The notes below the pieces were generated by a model. The model worked only from the letters and a program-made list of their open reading frames with translations, ran no database searches and was not told the DNA's origin. DNA of 64,000 nt, from positions 8,633,480 to 8,697,479 of the forward strand of contig CM121342.1 in the NCBI GenBank assembly GCA_051530055.1, given 5' to 3'. The stretch's first letter is position 1. Each line of letters starts with the position of its first letter. Positions 22,014-34,479 of the stretch are shown here, in pieces. Position numbers and translations under genes: made by a program. This DNA is from Neoechinorhynchus agilis. Its lineage: Eukaryota; Animalia; Acanthocephala.

Positions 22014-23587
22014 CTAATTTTGATCGCTGTAGTAGTCATCACTAAAGCTTCCTGATTTTGTGAACTTCCTTTGTGGATATAGAACGTAATGTTGGATTAT
22101 GAAGAGACAATCGAAGCCCATTGATAGGATGGCCAGACCAAATTTGACGGGATTTCCGAATATAATATCGATACTATTAAAGTTATATGCCATCAGTGCC
22201 TGTTGAAGAGGGCTAAGAACGGATCCGGTGATGTCAAGTAGAATATTTCCAATACTCCACCCGACAGTGCTTTTCCTTTTGAAATTGAAATACGCCTTCA
22301 TAAAAATGAGTGGATGATTCGGATTAAAACAAACTCACTTGTGGAACGTATTTTATTCCCGTAACGATAAGTTTAACATACGAAAACATGTAGAGAACCT
22401 GGACGACGTCCGTCTTTCCGGCTGCTTCGACAATTATGGTAATCAAAGGAATTAGAGAAAGTGCCACAATCGTTAGAATCCCAATTTTCGATACTCGTTG
22501 ATCTCCGCGCTAGATTGACAGAGATGATAAAGGAAATATGCCCAGTTGTCTTTCAAACAAATTCAGTCGAACCTCATAAATCAAGCATTGGATGGCCGTT
22601 ATTAGGCAAGCGAGAAAGGCATGTAATGAAAAAACTACATCGTTAAGCGCAAGAGGAAGTTCGGTTTCATTAGGGTTTTTATCGAAATATATTTCCTTAG
22701 TAAAAATGAGAATAATTGAATTTTTCACATTTATAACTTGCTTGGACTTGTTTTATAAAGAACAATCCAATATTGAATACGGACATTGAGAAGAATCCGA
22801 GAATATTTAAAGCCAAAAAGTCGAAATGGAGTCCAATAACGCTGAATGAAAAGTTTGTTTGACCATTATAAATATTTGATTTTAACCAAAACCTTTTCCG
22901 TTTAAAATCTAACCATATTTGCGGATAAAAACTGACGGACCAAGCGACAAAGTATCCCCAACCGATTACATCAGTGAAAATGTTCAATGATGCTGATTTG
23001 TAAATCAATATCGATATCCGATCTGGCTCGAGACTATGTAGTTATTGAGTATTAGAATTTTTCATTTCAATGTTCTATTGTTACCTTATCGTTTCGTCTG
23101 CAGTTGCCTCTAGAATTAGCCTGCCCGTTTTGTTATTTACACTCACCACAATTTTCTGCCTGTTTGTCTCGAACTTACATGGTGCAAATCGAAGTGTAGT
23201 GATCTTAGACGAAACGTTCAAGAAGTCCAACGCACTCTCATTACCACCAGTGAACCATAAAAAAATGTTGACGTTGAAATCGGAATCCGGTAGCTTTTGT
23301 GTCAAATCTCGAGCCCTGAACATTCAATGACAGCACTCTTTTTTAAATTGTATTAAGTTTAATAGAAACGTACTTTGCGTACACTTCAAGATCATTTTCC
23401 TTTCTCAATTGAACATAAAGCTTGTCGGGTTTTACTTTAACATCACCAATTGAATCGGTTAGATTCTTACATTGGACAACGCCGTAAATATAGACTTGAT
23501 TTAAAAGAATAAGGAAAGTATTATTCATGATTTGTTTTGGATTTTACCTGATAATATCACTATAGTGCAAAAACTGATGATTTTCAT
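22014..23587 (-). CDS. CTNS: Cystinosin paralog B, with signal peptide MKIISFCTIVILSVYIYGVVQC; contains one GC-AG intron (22741-22696)
   Basis: Same exon layout as A and C. PQ motifs SFYPQIW and KYVPQAY; C-tail ...PQRKFTKSGSFSDDYYSDQN. Confidence 0.92.
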
Positions 23588-24373
23588 TAGCACTATTTTC
23601 GTCCGATTAACTGTCTCAATATTAGAGGGAGATTAAAACTATGCAGAAAGTTAAACCAAAGCTTTCTTTTCTTGCTTATAGTCAAGAAATCAAAAAATAT
23701 ATTAATTTTTAACTTTAGGAAAAAAATCTTAAAGTCCTATCGTGTTCACAGGCATCAATTTATACTTCACAGACTTTTGCGTCAAATACAACTTGCCCGA
23801 CAATTCAGTGAAATCGAGCTGTTGATTTCACAGATTTGTCGGATAGCTCGGTTCTAACGTTCGCAACTTGTTCAAAGTGCATTGTTAATAGAGAACTATA
23901 TGTAGTCTGTCTCTATGTGTGATTTGGTGTTTAGTTTTTGTCGACTAAGTAATAGTGGAAACCCGGATAAGGGCAAATTTTATAACCTTTGCAGCATGCA
24001 TATTTTGTACTAAATTTTAAATTCATTAAAATTCATCCATTGAGTCGCTCGATCTTTTTAGTCGAATTTTGCTGAAGACAACGTACTTCAAATAAAATGA
24101 AGTAAAGGAAAGTGGGTATTATCAATTTAATAGAAGGTGTCTTTATATGGCGGAAATTTTGAAGAAGCTTATTAGGTCCGATATTTCGAAGGCATAAGAT
24201 TGTGCTGAGATATCGGACCTAATAAATTATTTCAATTTTTTCGCCATTTAAAAACATGAAAAATTGAATAGAAAGTATTTAATGAAAAGAAAGCCAATAA
24301 TGATTTATTAATAATCCAAAACTAAGCAGGGCTTGTTTCTTATTGGCCGAAAATTTAAAGACAAATAAATTGA

Positions 24374-24714
24374 TTTTTTTGAAACAGTTTATTTTATTAC
24401 ACTTTTTGTTACACACACAACAACAAAACGTTTAAACAATCACCATCGTCCACGAAGAAGAGACATCGCTCTCCTCTGAGTGGTCGTGACCACACTCGCT
24501 TGCCGCCTCCACTACCGACGACACCGATGCCGTCCCCTCGCTTCGCTCAGGGATGGCACGTTCCTCGCTTCGCTCGGAACCTGGAGAAACGCAGCGGGCG
24601 TGGTCGCGACCACTGAGGGGAGAGCGATGCCTCTTCTTCGTGGACGGTGGTGATTGTTTAAACGTTTTGTTGTTGTGTGTAACAAAAAGTGTAATAAAAT
24701 AAACTGTCTCAAAA
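24374..24714. mobile_element. Fold-back CRE-derived mini-element with an 11-bp target-site duplication
   Basis: Inverted arms of ~125 bp (24374-24501 / 24594-24714) are CRE 3' ends ending in T/A runs. The loop holds the CRE 5' motif. aaataaattga flanks the element at 24363-24373 and 24715-24725. Confidence 0.8.
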
Positions 24715-25139
24715 AAATAAATTGATGCAATTTTTAAATAAACCAGTTATTTATTATTAATAGTGACAATGAAGACCGTCTAACACGTCCGAGCAACTTT
24801 CCTAAAATATACAGCAGCAAATGGTAGCTTGTTATGTTGTTAAAGTTCATAGCAACTTAAAAATCCCAAAGAAAAATTATTTTCAGTATAACTTTGTACA
24901 TTTAATTGACATTAATTATTAGATATTTGCAATCATTAATTAAATCTACATTTTTCGGGCATTGCTTTCTTTAGACAAGAAATCCTCAGTAGCTACCGTC
25001 CTAATGTAACGGTCGAAAGGATGAGCCAGTGATTCGTCTCAATCTCTTAGACCATTGTTTGACCAGGTCCTGCGCCGCGGTACCAAACGACCTGATTCTC
25101 TCGACGCCAAAGGGAACAGAATAATGATTTCGACTCAGA

Positions 25140-27905
25140 TCCCTGTATTTTGTCCTTTTCGTTCCTCAGTGGCGGTTGCTGCTCCCCCTCCGGTTTAACA
25201 GTGGCGAATTTTATGTTGCCGGCTGCGAGCGTGTCAACGAACGTGGCGTCCCAGAGAAGGCATTTTCCTTCTCGTCACGGGAATACTGTGACACCGTCCG
25301 GTCTACGGCAGCCATCGAGTTGGCAAAGATTGCTCGGCTCTAGGATGTTTGGCGCATTCTCAATATTCAGGGCACGACTAAGATTTGCATTCACTTAGGC
25401 GTGCCGTGAGTACCTTCCGCCAGATTGCCGACAGACGAGACCATAGCGTCCCGATGGTTTCACGGTCGCTCCGCAACGGCAACGATGGGATGTGCACATC
25501 GGAACCCCAAGTCTCAGTTGGTCACTACAATCTTTACTGTCTCGTTGGAGTGAACCCACAGAAACGATTTGGATAGCACTGAGCCAATCACCTGATTCTA
25601 TTTTAGAGACTGCCGCCAATCTAGTTCGGTTCACCAGGTCACGAGATTCTGAAAATAAAGAGTTATGGATTCTCGCTACCATGGGTTAGTCCAAACTGAT
25701 TGTTTGCAACCATCAACGGGTACCTGCTCGCTGCCTGAATCTCCACAACAAAGATTAAGAGCCTCCACGAAATCTTCATCCAAAGTATAATTCTCGCCAA
25801 GAAAAGATTGAACTATTTTGCGGCTCGCTTCATACGATCCCAAATAAGCTGGCAGAGAAATACCAGCTTTTTTTCGGATACCCAAACCGCCGGACAGCAC
25901 AATCAATGACACTTGTCTGACAGCTGAGTATTTAAAATTTTCTCGAGAGAGGCTTTCACCGTCTCGTCTAATTCTGTCAGCTTTTCCTTATGTCTAAAAA
26001 AGGTGTTGTGCGCAGCTTATACAGCAATTTGGGAAATATAGGATGTTCTTGATCAGGAACAGAGCTTCGTGTGAAGATGATTCATCAACTCGTTCGCACA
26101 GCACCGACAGTTGCGGTTGAAGATTGGCGATTTCGGCGTCAGTAATATGACCAAAAATGCAACTTTCTAGAAGACTCAACAGGTCTAAAGTGATCAATTC
26201 TATCCTGGGGGGGGTCAGGTTCTGCAAATCTTTCACGATAGTTTGCCTGATAGCCTCATCTTCCACATTCATCACTAAAATCTCGCATTTCGCAGGCCGC
26301 CTCCTTCACGAGTGTCTCCAAATCGCGTAGTACTACAGAATGGTTACCTCCGAGCGTGGCATTGTCCAGATACCAGCCGTTAAGGCTGGACTGGAGAGAG
26401 TGCGCGACGAGATTGACTGTGAGTGAGAAGGCTATCGGGCCCAAAGGGATCCCTTTGTTGAGCCCCTCTTTCTGACCACAAAACGGTTATCGAACAACAA
26501 GGGAGCTGACGTCCCATAAGCATGCACGAAATAGCGAAATGCTTTTGTCGTGCGATCTCTAACTACTTTGAGCAAATCTGGTCGGTAAACTGTGTTGAAT
26601 GCATTTTTGAAATCACATTTCAAGATAACGCACAGCTTTGAGTTTCCGGTGATGAACGTGCAGAGTGATTGAACGATCGCCTCTGCGCCACAGGGTGTAC
26701 AGCAGCCTAACTGGGTGGGGCGAAGCAGTATCCCTACTTTTTCCAAGATCCTTTTATTTTAATTTTTTGCTGTTAAGCGGCGCAAAGTAAAAGAAATATA
26801 TGGGAGGAATATCACTTTCCTTTTTCGCGAGGGCACACAAAGATGTGCCGAAAAATAACTCAGTTGCCTTCGGAATCAACTCTCCCCTACAAATTGGTCT
26901 ACTAAGCGTGCCAATTCATCTTCAAGGGACTGGGCAGCGTCGCCCACTGAAAAAGAAGTCATATCCTTTAGGTGTTGGGGTTGCAGCCCGTCAAATCCGT
27001 GAGCTGATCCGTTAGCAAAAGAGGAGATTGCCATCTTCAATTCTGATTTCGATGATAAAACATAAGAGATCGTATCGAAGGAGGGGGATTTGACGAAAAA
27101 CTGCCGACCGCCGCGACTCGGATGTTTGGTACGAAGAGTTCGTAAAGTTTCTTCGTAATCTTTGGCGAGACTGTCCATTGATGATAAAAGACAAACTGCT
27201 CCTCTGACATCTCCGTATGCGAGCTTCGAAGAAACGCGTTCAGCAAGCGACCGATTTGAGTTTCGGCGACGGTCAGGCTCCAGGATACACTCCTTACGTA
27301 GTCCGCATGCGGTCGAAATGCATTGAATAAAATTTTCGTCAAAAGAACTTCTTCGCTCTTTTATTTTTGTGGTCAGAGATCCCTCAGAAATATCACCAGC
27401 GGAAAACACAAGTCTAGGGAACGCAAAAAGACGCATCCACGACAACTCTGAGTAAGTCTCGATGCAGTCTGTCAATAAAGAGGTGAATCTCTTTGCGGTC
27501 TAATATCGCGCACCCCTTGGGATTCTTTCCAGAACGTTCCTGGGCAGAACTCGCACAATGTTCCCTACAAATGGAATTTCATTTTGTACTGGTGATGTCG
27601 TGAGAGGATTCTGGCGCACACCACCAATGGACTTAGGGGGTGAACTGCAACCGCCGCAGCGTGAATTACGGAGTCCATGGACCCTAAGAACTCCTGTTTT
27701 CTTCAGGGAGAAAATCATATCACAAACCTCACATATTCCTGTTGAGAAGCTTGGTCATGTGGTACCCTTGGCTGACGAAGTTTAAACAATCACATTGACG
27801 TTATTCTCTTTACTTGGCTCGTTTTGGGTGGACAAGTTTCCGTCTTCATATTGTCGTCTAGCATCCAGGTGCCGGGCGAGACGGCATCGGTGTCGTCGAA
27901 AAATC
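25140..27905 (-). mobile_element. CRE-like retrotransposon, near full length but disrupted
   Basis: 5' motif at ~27853-27898. SSKLAYGDVRGAV, DGLQPQHLKDM, QLGCCTPCGAEAIV, KCDFKNAFN, GWYLDNATLGG, CRCG..GLVC, RPDGVTVFPW.EGKCLLWDATFVDT. Confidence 0.9.
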
Positions 27906-28079
27906 AATAACAAATCAGATTGGAATCAAAACATACCCTAAGAAAAATATAATTGAGGATTTAAGAATGTTTATACGAAACCGATGCAATGTGAACAATC
28001 GTTCATGCATATCTTGTTTAAAAGTCTGGCAATAATATTTTCCTAAGATGCTTTATTAGATCAAACTTTCGCACGCTTG

Positions 28080-29686
28080 TTATTCAATCGATATATCGGT
28101 TTTTTGTTCACTTGAATCCGTATTTTCAGATAAAGAAACACTGTTTTCGTCCGGAACAGTTTTGGATTGATTGTATTTCCTCTGTGGATATAGAACGTAA
28201 TGTTGGATTATGAAGAGACAATCAAAGCCCATTGATAGGATGGCCAGACCAAATTTGACGGGATTTCCGAATATAATATCGATACTATTAAAGTTATATG
28301 CCATCAGTGACTGTTGTAAAAGACTAAGAACGGATCCGGTGATGTCAAGTAGAATATTTCCAATACTCCACCCGACAGTGCTTTTCCTTTTGAAATTGAA
28401 ATACGCCTTCATAAAAATGAGTGGATGATTCGGATTAAAACAAACTCACTTGTGGAACGTATTTTATTCCGGTAACGATAAGTTTAACATACGAAAACAT
28501 GTAGAGAACCTGGACGACGTCCGTCTTTCCGGCTGCTTCGACAATTATGGTAATCAAAGGAATTAGAGAAAGTGCCACAATCATTAGAATCCCAATTTTC
28601 GATACTCGTTGACCTCCGCGCTATATTCAAAAAAATAGACTAAAGACTTCTAAAAGAAAACTATGACAAACTTCGTAGATTAAAGATTGAACGGCGGTGA
28701 TCAGACAAGCGAAAAGAGCGTGAAGAGCGAAGACGATATCATTGAGCGCAAGAGGAAGTTCGGTTTCATTTGGGTTTTTATTGAAATAAATTTCCTTTTC
28801 AAGGAATGGTGATCATCAATGCGAATTAGAGACGAATACCTGAACGCGTTCAATAAAGAACAGTCCAACGTTAAATACAGACATTGACAAGAATCCGAGA
28901 ATGTTGAGAGCCAGAAAATCAAAATTAAGTCCAACGACACTGCATGAAAATGTTTTAGATTTGAATTTAGATTTCACAAACTTTAAAAAAAGTTACCTTT
29001 TCCTTTGAAAATTTAGCCATATTTGTGGATAAAAACTGACGGACCAAACTACAAAGTATCCCCAACCGATTACATCAGTGAAGATGTTCAATGATGCTGA
29101 TTTGTAAATCAATATCGATATCCGAGCAGGTTTGAGACTGGTTATTTTTGGGTTAAAAGATACAAGAAGCAGAAATGAACTCACTTAAATGTTTCGTTTG
29201 AATTGGCTTCCAGAATGACTCGTCCCGTTTTATTTCTCGCGTACACATAAATCTCCTGCTTGTTTGTTTCTAGCTGTTTGTTTTGAAATCGAAGTGCAAC
29301 AATTTCCGGAGAAACACTTAAAAGTTCCGTTTCACTCTCATTGCCGCCACTGTTCCATAAAGTAAGCATTACACAGAAATCAGAGGTCGATACATTTTGA
29401 GATGGATTGTTGATCCTAAAAAGGAGATAAGTCGCTTCGGAGTCTACAGACGCAAACCTGGCGAAAAGGTTTAATTGTTTCTCTCTCTGCCTTTGAACAT
29501 ATTGTTTGTTCGGCCTAATTTGAAGACTTCCCACATATTCTTTATTATCGATACATTGGGCGACGTCGAAAATAAATACTAATAAGTCGATTTTTTAGAT
29601 TTTTTCGAGTGGTTTTTACCTAATATCATTATAAATAAAACTGAATATGCATTAAACCGACAAATTGGTACATTGAATCGAGTCAT
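28080..29686 (-). CDS. CTNS: Cystinosin paralog C, N-terminus [31 protein letters not shown]
   Basis: Near-identical to A over 28261-29414 including introns. First two exons are homologous to B. C-tail ...[35 protein letters not shown]. Confidence 0.92.
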
Positions 29687-30099
29687 CTGAGTTTTTTATA
29701 CTTTTAATTCCGTATTTTCCAGCCGATTTGCTAAAACTTAAAAACAAAAGCCGATCAAATTAATAATAAGTTTCTAGGTTTTAAGAATCTTAGAGATTAT
29801 CCAAATGTGTCGCGGGGCGTCGGAAGGATCTCTTAAGCAGAGACTTTATAATATAAAGCTTCCTAGACATATCTAGAGCGCTATCTTCGCCGATAAGTGT
29901 CATACGGCAAGGATTAAGATTTGTCACAGTTTGAGGTGTTTTTCCGCACCATTTCTCAGCATGCCTCACCGAGTGAGTGTTCGCTTTTTAATGCGCGATT
30001 CTAAAGGATTCACCTAAAAAGAAATTACTGCTATCTCGGAGTTCCTCATAAGGATTTATAAACCTTTTAAATGGCACCGCATAAGTCAACTAAATTATA

Positions 30100-30950
30100 G
30101 AATTGGTTCGGTTTGCTACGCTGCATGTTTTGAATGCTGTGATAAGTAAAATGAATGAGGCTATTTATTTTGAAGTGGACTACGGGTCCGGTGGGTGGGA
30201 AAGTTGGTGGTTATTCAAGTCCGGGAGAGCTTGTGAGGTTGGGTCTTTCCTAGGGTTCATTTGGGTTCTCGACGTACAGGAGAATGAAAGGAATTTGGAT
30301 CGCGAGTGTTGTGCTCTTGTGAAAAGGGGAATAAAATGTGTTGAACTTTTGAACCTCGTAAGCGCGGCGTGTTTTTTGTCAATGTACAACAAATAATCCT
30401 AAATAAAGGAATTATGAGCGTCAAATGTTGTTCGTCTTCATTGAGAGGCGTTTTGATTGTTTGATGAAAATTTTATGAGGCATTTGGTGAGCGGGGTAAA
30501 ATCAACTGCGTAAGTTTAAGAATCTCCTCTACGAAACATTTCAAGGCGACGGATTTGAGATTTGGACAGGTTGCAAAGGACAGGATAACCGTAGATGGGC
30601 GAGGGTAAAATATAGCAGAAGTAAAATTTGGAGAGCGGGAGAAAAGGGATTCCTAAATGGAGGAGGCGTTTGAGGAGATAAATTTTAAAGGTATTGCGTT
30701 TAAAGGGAAAATGTAATGTGTGAGTCCCATTTCAAGTTTGATTGAAATCGGATATCCAGAATTCTGAGGGAGGTGACTTATTGAATTACATTTGGAAAAT
30801 CGAGATCGCGTTGAGAAATAGACTGGGATGATTTTTAGATCGGGGTTTTGTAGAGAGCCTATGAGAGATGTAGAGTATGGTAGTGATTGTCGAATGAAAA
30901 TTGAGACCCACTCCTGGACGCTCCTAAAGTAGGCGGAAGGATGATTGAAT
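30100..30950 (-). mobile_element. Probable highly decayed LINE (APE region)
   Basis: Purine-skewed block with scattered APE-like remnants (FDAHN for GDFNAH; PDL.N). No intact ORF. Confidence 0.3.
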
Positions 30951-31484
30951 TGCTGCGTCAAATCTAACATTGTTGATAATGATGTTTGTTGTTCGACTTG
31001 GCATAAAATCTTTGAAACTAATGTTTTTGCGGGAACGAATAGTTTGAAAATTACGCATGAGCTGTGACAAAAAATTCAAACGCTCGTATTTTGCATGCTT
31101 CAGTGTAGTCATTCGTAACTGTATTGAAATTTCATTTAAAAGTTTTTAGCTTTATTGATATGAGCCTCTAAATTTTGATGCGGACTGAAAACGAGTCGAG
31201 AATTCATTGAATAATATGCCTAGAGTGCAATAGTTTTCGTGTTTTAAGAATATTGCTCAGATGATTATTTGGAGGATTAATTTACATTCTTCTGATATGC
31301 TGGATAGGATAACAAAACGATAAGAACATTACATTGAACACTTCTGTTTGTATTTCTAAATTTCACAAAAAAATGTCGCGAATTTTTATCCACCGAAAAC
31401 CGAAAGTGGCTCTTTAAGACTTCAACAACAAATGAAAATCATGATCGCAGTAACGATTATATTCAATTTCGGACATTGCTTTAT

Positions 31485-32513
31485 TCAGATCAATTTATCG
31501 ATTTCATCCATAAACTGTGCATAAGCTTCATCCGTGTTTGATTCTGGTTTTCGCTCCGAAGAAACCGAACTTCTTAAGTCATTTAAATCATTAACTGCAA
31601 ATCCGGTATTTTTCTTTAATTTCACAACTGTCGGCACCATTTTTACGACTTGATTCATTCTTTGTCTGATTTGAGGTTTTGCTTCGATCACGGCCGGTTG
31701 GTTATTGAACAAAGTAGATTGAGAAGGTATTGCAATAGCCAATGCTCGAACGGTTTGTGCCAAAGGCATAATCCGAGGTGGATTCGGTGGTGGCGGCGGC
31801 GGTGGCGGCGCAGTGTACGTTTGGGATGGAAGAGGAGGAAAAACGTCTTGAATTGGATTGCTAATTGCATCGCTAAACCTTGTTTTGCGTCTTGGTTCAG
31901 TTAAAGCAGTAACCGTAATGACGTGATGCTCGTCCTCCTCATCGCTGGACAATGGTGGTGGTGGACCGGGAGGTGGTCCTGGTGGCAGCCTAGTGTTTGG
32001 GCGTGTAAATACAACTGCATCAATCACAGTTCCGAAAGGCTCATTATTCCGAACTGGCATTGGTGTCGAAGGTGCATCTCCTTCTGGCAAAGGAATTTCT
32101 TCTAATTTAACTTTACGAGCATGTTGTACGGACTCGTAGTAAGCACAAAGTTCTATCCTACGATTCTCATACTCCTTTTCCATTTTCTTCATTTCCTCCA
32201 ACTTTTCGGGACTCTCGGTCTCGTAAAGTTTCTTTACGCGGTCCCACGTTTCTCTTAGTTTTCTCCTTTTTTCTTGTAATACCTTGAGATTATAAAGAGG
32301 TGGGCTTAATGGATCGAATTCCATTTCATCGACAGCCTGCAATTCTCGCATTATTGCTTCTGGCTGCTTGTTCTTCAAAACAGACTGACGGACGATCATT
32401 CGCTGTCGTTTGTTCCGTTTAAGTTCTCGACGACGGGCTTCTTTACGTGCTTGATCCGTCGGATTCATGGTTTTACCCGATTTTGTCGTTATGCTGCAAA
32501 AACGACCAACCAT
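31485..32513 (-). CDS. WBP11: WW domain-binding protein 11 (splicing factor), intronless
   Basis: TKSGKTMNPTDQARKEARRRELKRNKRQR..VLK.K..DEMEFDP..KVLQEKRRKLRETW; PPGPPPGPPP; PQIR; D.AYAQFMDEIDKLI. Confidence 0.96.
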   Translation of the reverse strand: MVGRFCSITTKSGKTMNPTDQARKEARRRELKRNKRQRMIVRQSVLKNKQPEAIMRELQAVDEMEFDPLSPPLYNLKVLQEKRRKLRETWDRVKKLYETESPEKLEEMKKMEKEYENRRIELCAYYESVQHARKVKLEEIPLPEGDAPSTPMPVRNNEPFGTVIDAVVFTRPNTRLPPGPPPGPPPPLSSDEEDEHHVITVTALTEPRRKTRFSDAISNPIQDVFPPLPSQTYTAPPPPPPPPNPPRIMPLAQTVRALAIAIPSQSTLFNNQPAVIEAKPQIRQRMNQVVKMVPTVVKLKKNTGFAVNDLNDLRSSVSSERKPESNTDEAYAQFMDEIDKLI

Positions 32514-32696
32514 TCTGCTGGGCTCTTAATATCCCTCTAAAAAGTTAAACAAATTTCGAAAAAAAGAGACATAATTTCAATTCTCTCATCAAATAGTAAC
32601 AATTTCAATGGCAAAATTCAAAAACGTTAAGCGTTTCAATCAATGAACTCATTTTTCTAACACATTTCTAATGCGATCAGGAGAAACAAGAAGATA

Positions 32697-32870
32697 GATA
32701 AAATCCATGAGTATGTGGAAGTGGGGAAAAATTATATATCAAAGACTGACTTTAATTGAAATATCTCGTCCAATCACAGCAATAATTGACTGAAGACGTC
32801 TAGCGTGATTTGACGAAATATTTCAATTAAAGTCAATCTTTGATATATAATTTTTCCCCACTTCCACATG
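32697..32870 (+). mobile_element. Palindromic non-autonomous element, same family as 5198-5380
   Basis: Arms tgtggaagtggggaaaaattatatatcaaagactgactttaattgaaatatctcgtc / gacgaaatatttcaattaaagtcaatctttgatatataatttttccccacttccaca. Confidence 0.85.
32784..32828 (+). ncRNA. Minimal type-I hammerhead-like ribozyme, best-preserved copy
   Basis: AAUUGA-CUGAAGA-C-GUC(uagcgugauuu)GAC-GAA-AUAU-U-UCAAUU: perfect 6-bp stem I and an intact core. Confidence 0.75.
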
Positions 32871-33355
32871 CAGAAGATAGACTAATCGATCAAGATTCAT
32901 AATCAAGAGATGCACTCTAACCGAATGAAATAATTTAAAGAAACATTGGATAAAAATATTTAAATTCACGACGTCACCTCACTTTCTTAGAAACGAATTA
33001 ATTTTTTTCGTTTTAACTTGCAGATTCAAACGAAGGCTCACAAAAATGAAATTACGACTCTATAATGTAATCCTGTACGATTACGTCACATGACGCTGCA
33101 ACGTCGGGCGTAGTTTCTTTCGTATCGTGAATTGTTGACTGATTTGTCAATCGAGATCTAGCGATTGTCGTACTTTAGCAATTTATGGGGTTGAAGATAA
33201 CGCCGATATTTCGGAGTTTCACTCTTTTTCCAGGGTCCTGAAAAAATAGAGACACAATCTAGAAAGGTAAGGAGTAAAACCGAAATATCGAGTCCAAAAT
33301 GGACGTATTTGTTTTCTACCGCGTAAATTGCTAAAATAACGACAATTGAGGCACT

Positions 33356-33463
33356 GTTTTCCTTTTAGTGATGAGTAGAATAAAGGTTGATTCAGAAATA
33401 TTTCGTCCGTCTCGTCGGACTTAATAAATAAATCTTCATTCTTCTCATCACTAAAAGGAACAC
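33356..33463. mobile_element. Short palindromic element with a partial hammerhead (minus strand)
   Basis: Arms ttccttttagtgatgag / ctcatcactaaaaggaa. The minus strand reads GUCCG(acgaga)CGGAC-GAA-AUAU-U, but CUGANGA is missing. Confidence 0.6.
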
Positions 33464-34229
33464 ATAAATGAACAACTTATTTACAATCCTTGCATTCCCT
33501 GCGAGAGGATTTAAATAACTGCCGTCCTTTTGATTCTAACGACCGGCCTTGTCTTTAATTGTGGAATAAATGCATTAGTGGAAGGAGTTTAGGATCTGAT
33601 TTGAACACACAGAATGCGTCGTCGACGTTTCGCCACCATTTTATCAGATCGAGAATTCTACTATAGACTTAAATGCTCCAAATTAGACATGTAAAGATCC
33701 GTTCCGTCAATTTGATCATAAATTTCCTCATTGAATTGAAAGGCATTCTTAGAAGTTCACCATGTGATGAGCTCGATCCACTCATTCCTCGTGGTGAGAC
33801 AAGAAGTACATCTTTCAGTTAAAAGGCTATATGCCATTTTTATGGATGGTAGCCGAGGGATGTTAGTAAATAAAGAATTGACATCAGCGGTTAGGAATCT
33901 GTGATCAGATTGATTATAACTTCTGATTTCAATGGCGAGTGAAGGCCCATCTTTAATGTAAGAAGGATTCTTATCACAACTTTTTTGGATCCACTAGCTG
34001 ATCTCCTTTGCTATGTTATGACAAAATGAATCGGTCTCAGGGTCAGCACGGGTTTGTGGATTTTCGGCAACGTGTATAGAAAACCCGGGGATTAATACCT
34101 TGAAAGAACTTTGAGGTACACAGTAACATCAAGTTTCCGATCGTTTTTCAGTTTTAAGGGGTTTTCTATTTGGTTACTTTTCTTTACATTCACCACCTCC
34201 CACCAAATTCCAGCTTTTGTCCTTCCTCG

Positions 34230-34380
34230 ACCGTCGCCATCACGCTGGCAGCATTGCCCCGTTGTACTGCCAGCGAGATATTTTGTCGAAGAAATAAGCC
34301 TGCTCTTGAGTCTCCGGTTGCCCTCTCAATTTCTTCGAGAGATCCTTGAGCAGAGAGAGTGCGCCACCGAAATTAGTTGA
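34230..34380 (-). mobile_element. CRE-like 3' fragment
   Basis: ALSLLKDLSKKLR...FLRQNISLAVQRGNAAS (frameshifted). Confidence 0.75.
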
Positions 34381-34479
34381 AGTTCCTCTCTCGTTGTTGC
34401 GTAGGATCCTTGTTGAGTTTAATGAATTTTTCCGGTACAAGAAGACTTAAAGGAGTCCAGATCAATGATCGCTACTGTT

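Noticed and set aside
33085-33094. CLEAR/E-box-like GTCACATGAC as a cystinosin regulatory site
   Set aside because: A single short motif 3.4 kb from CTNS-C with WBP11 in between; not distinguishable from chance.
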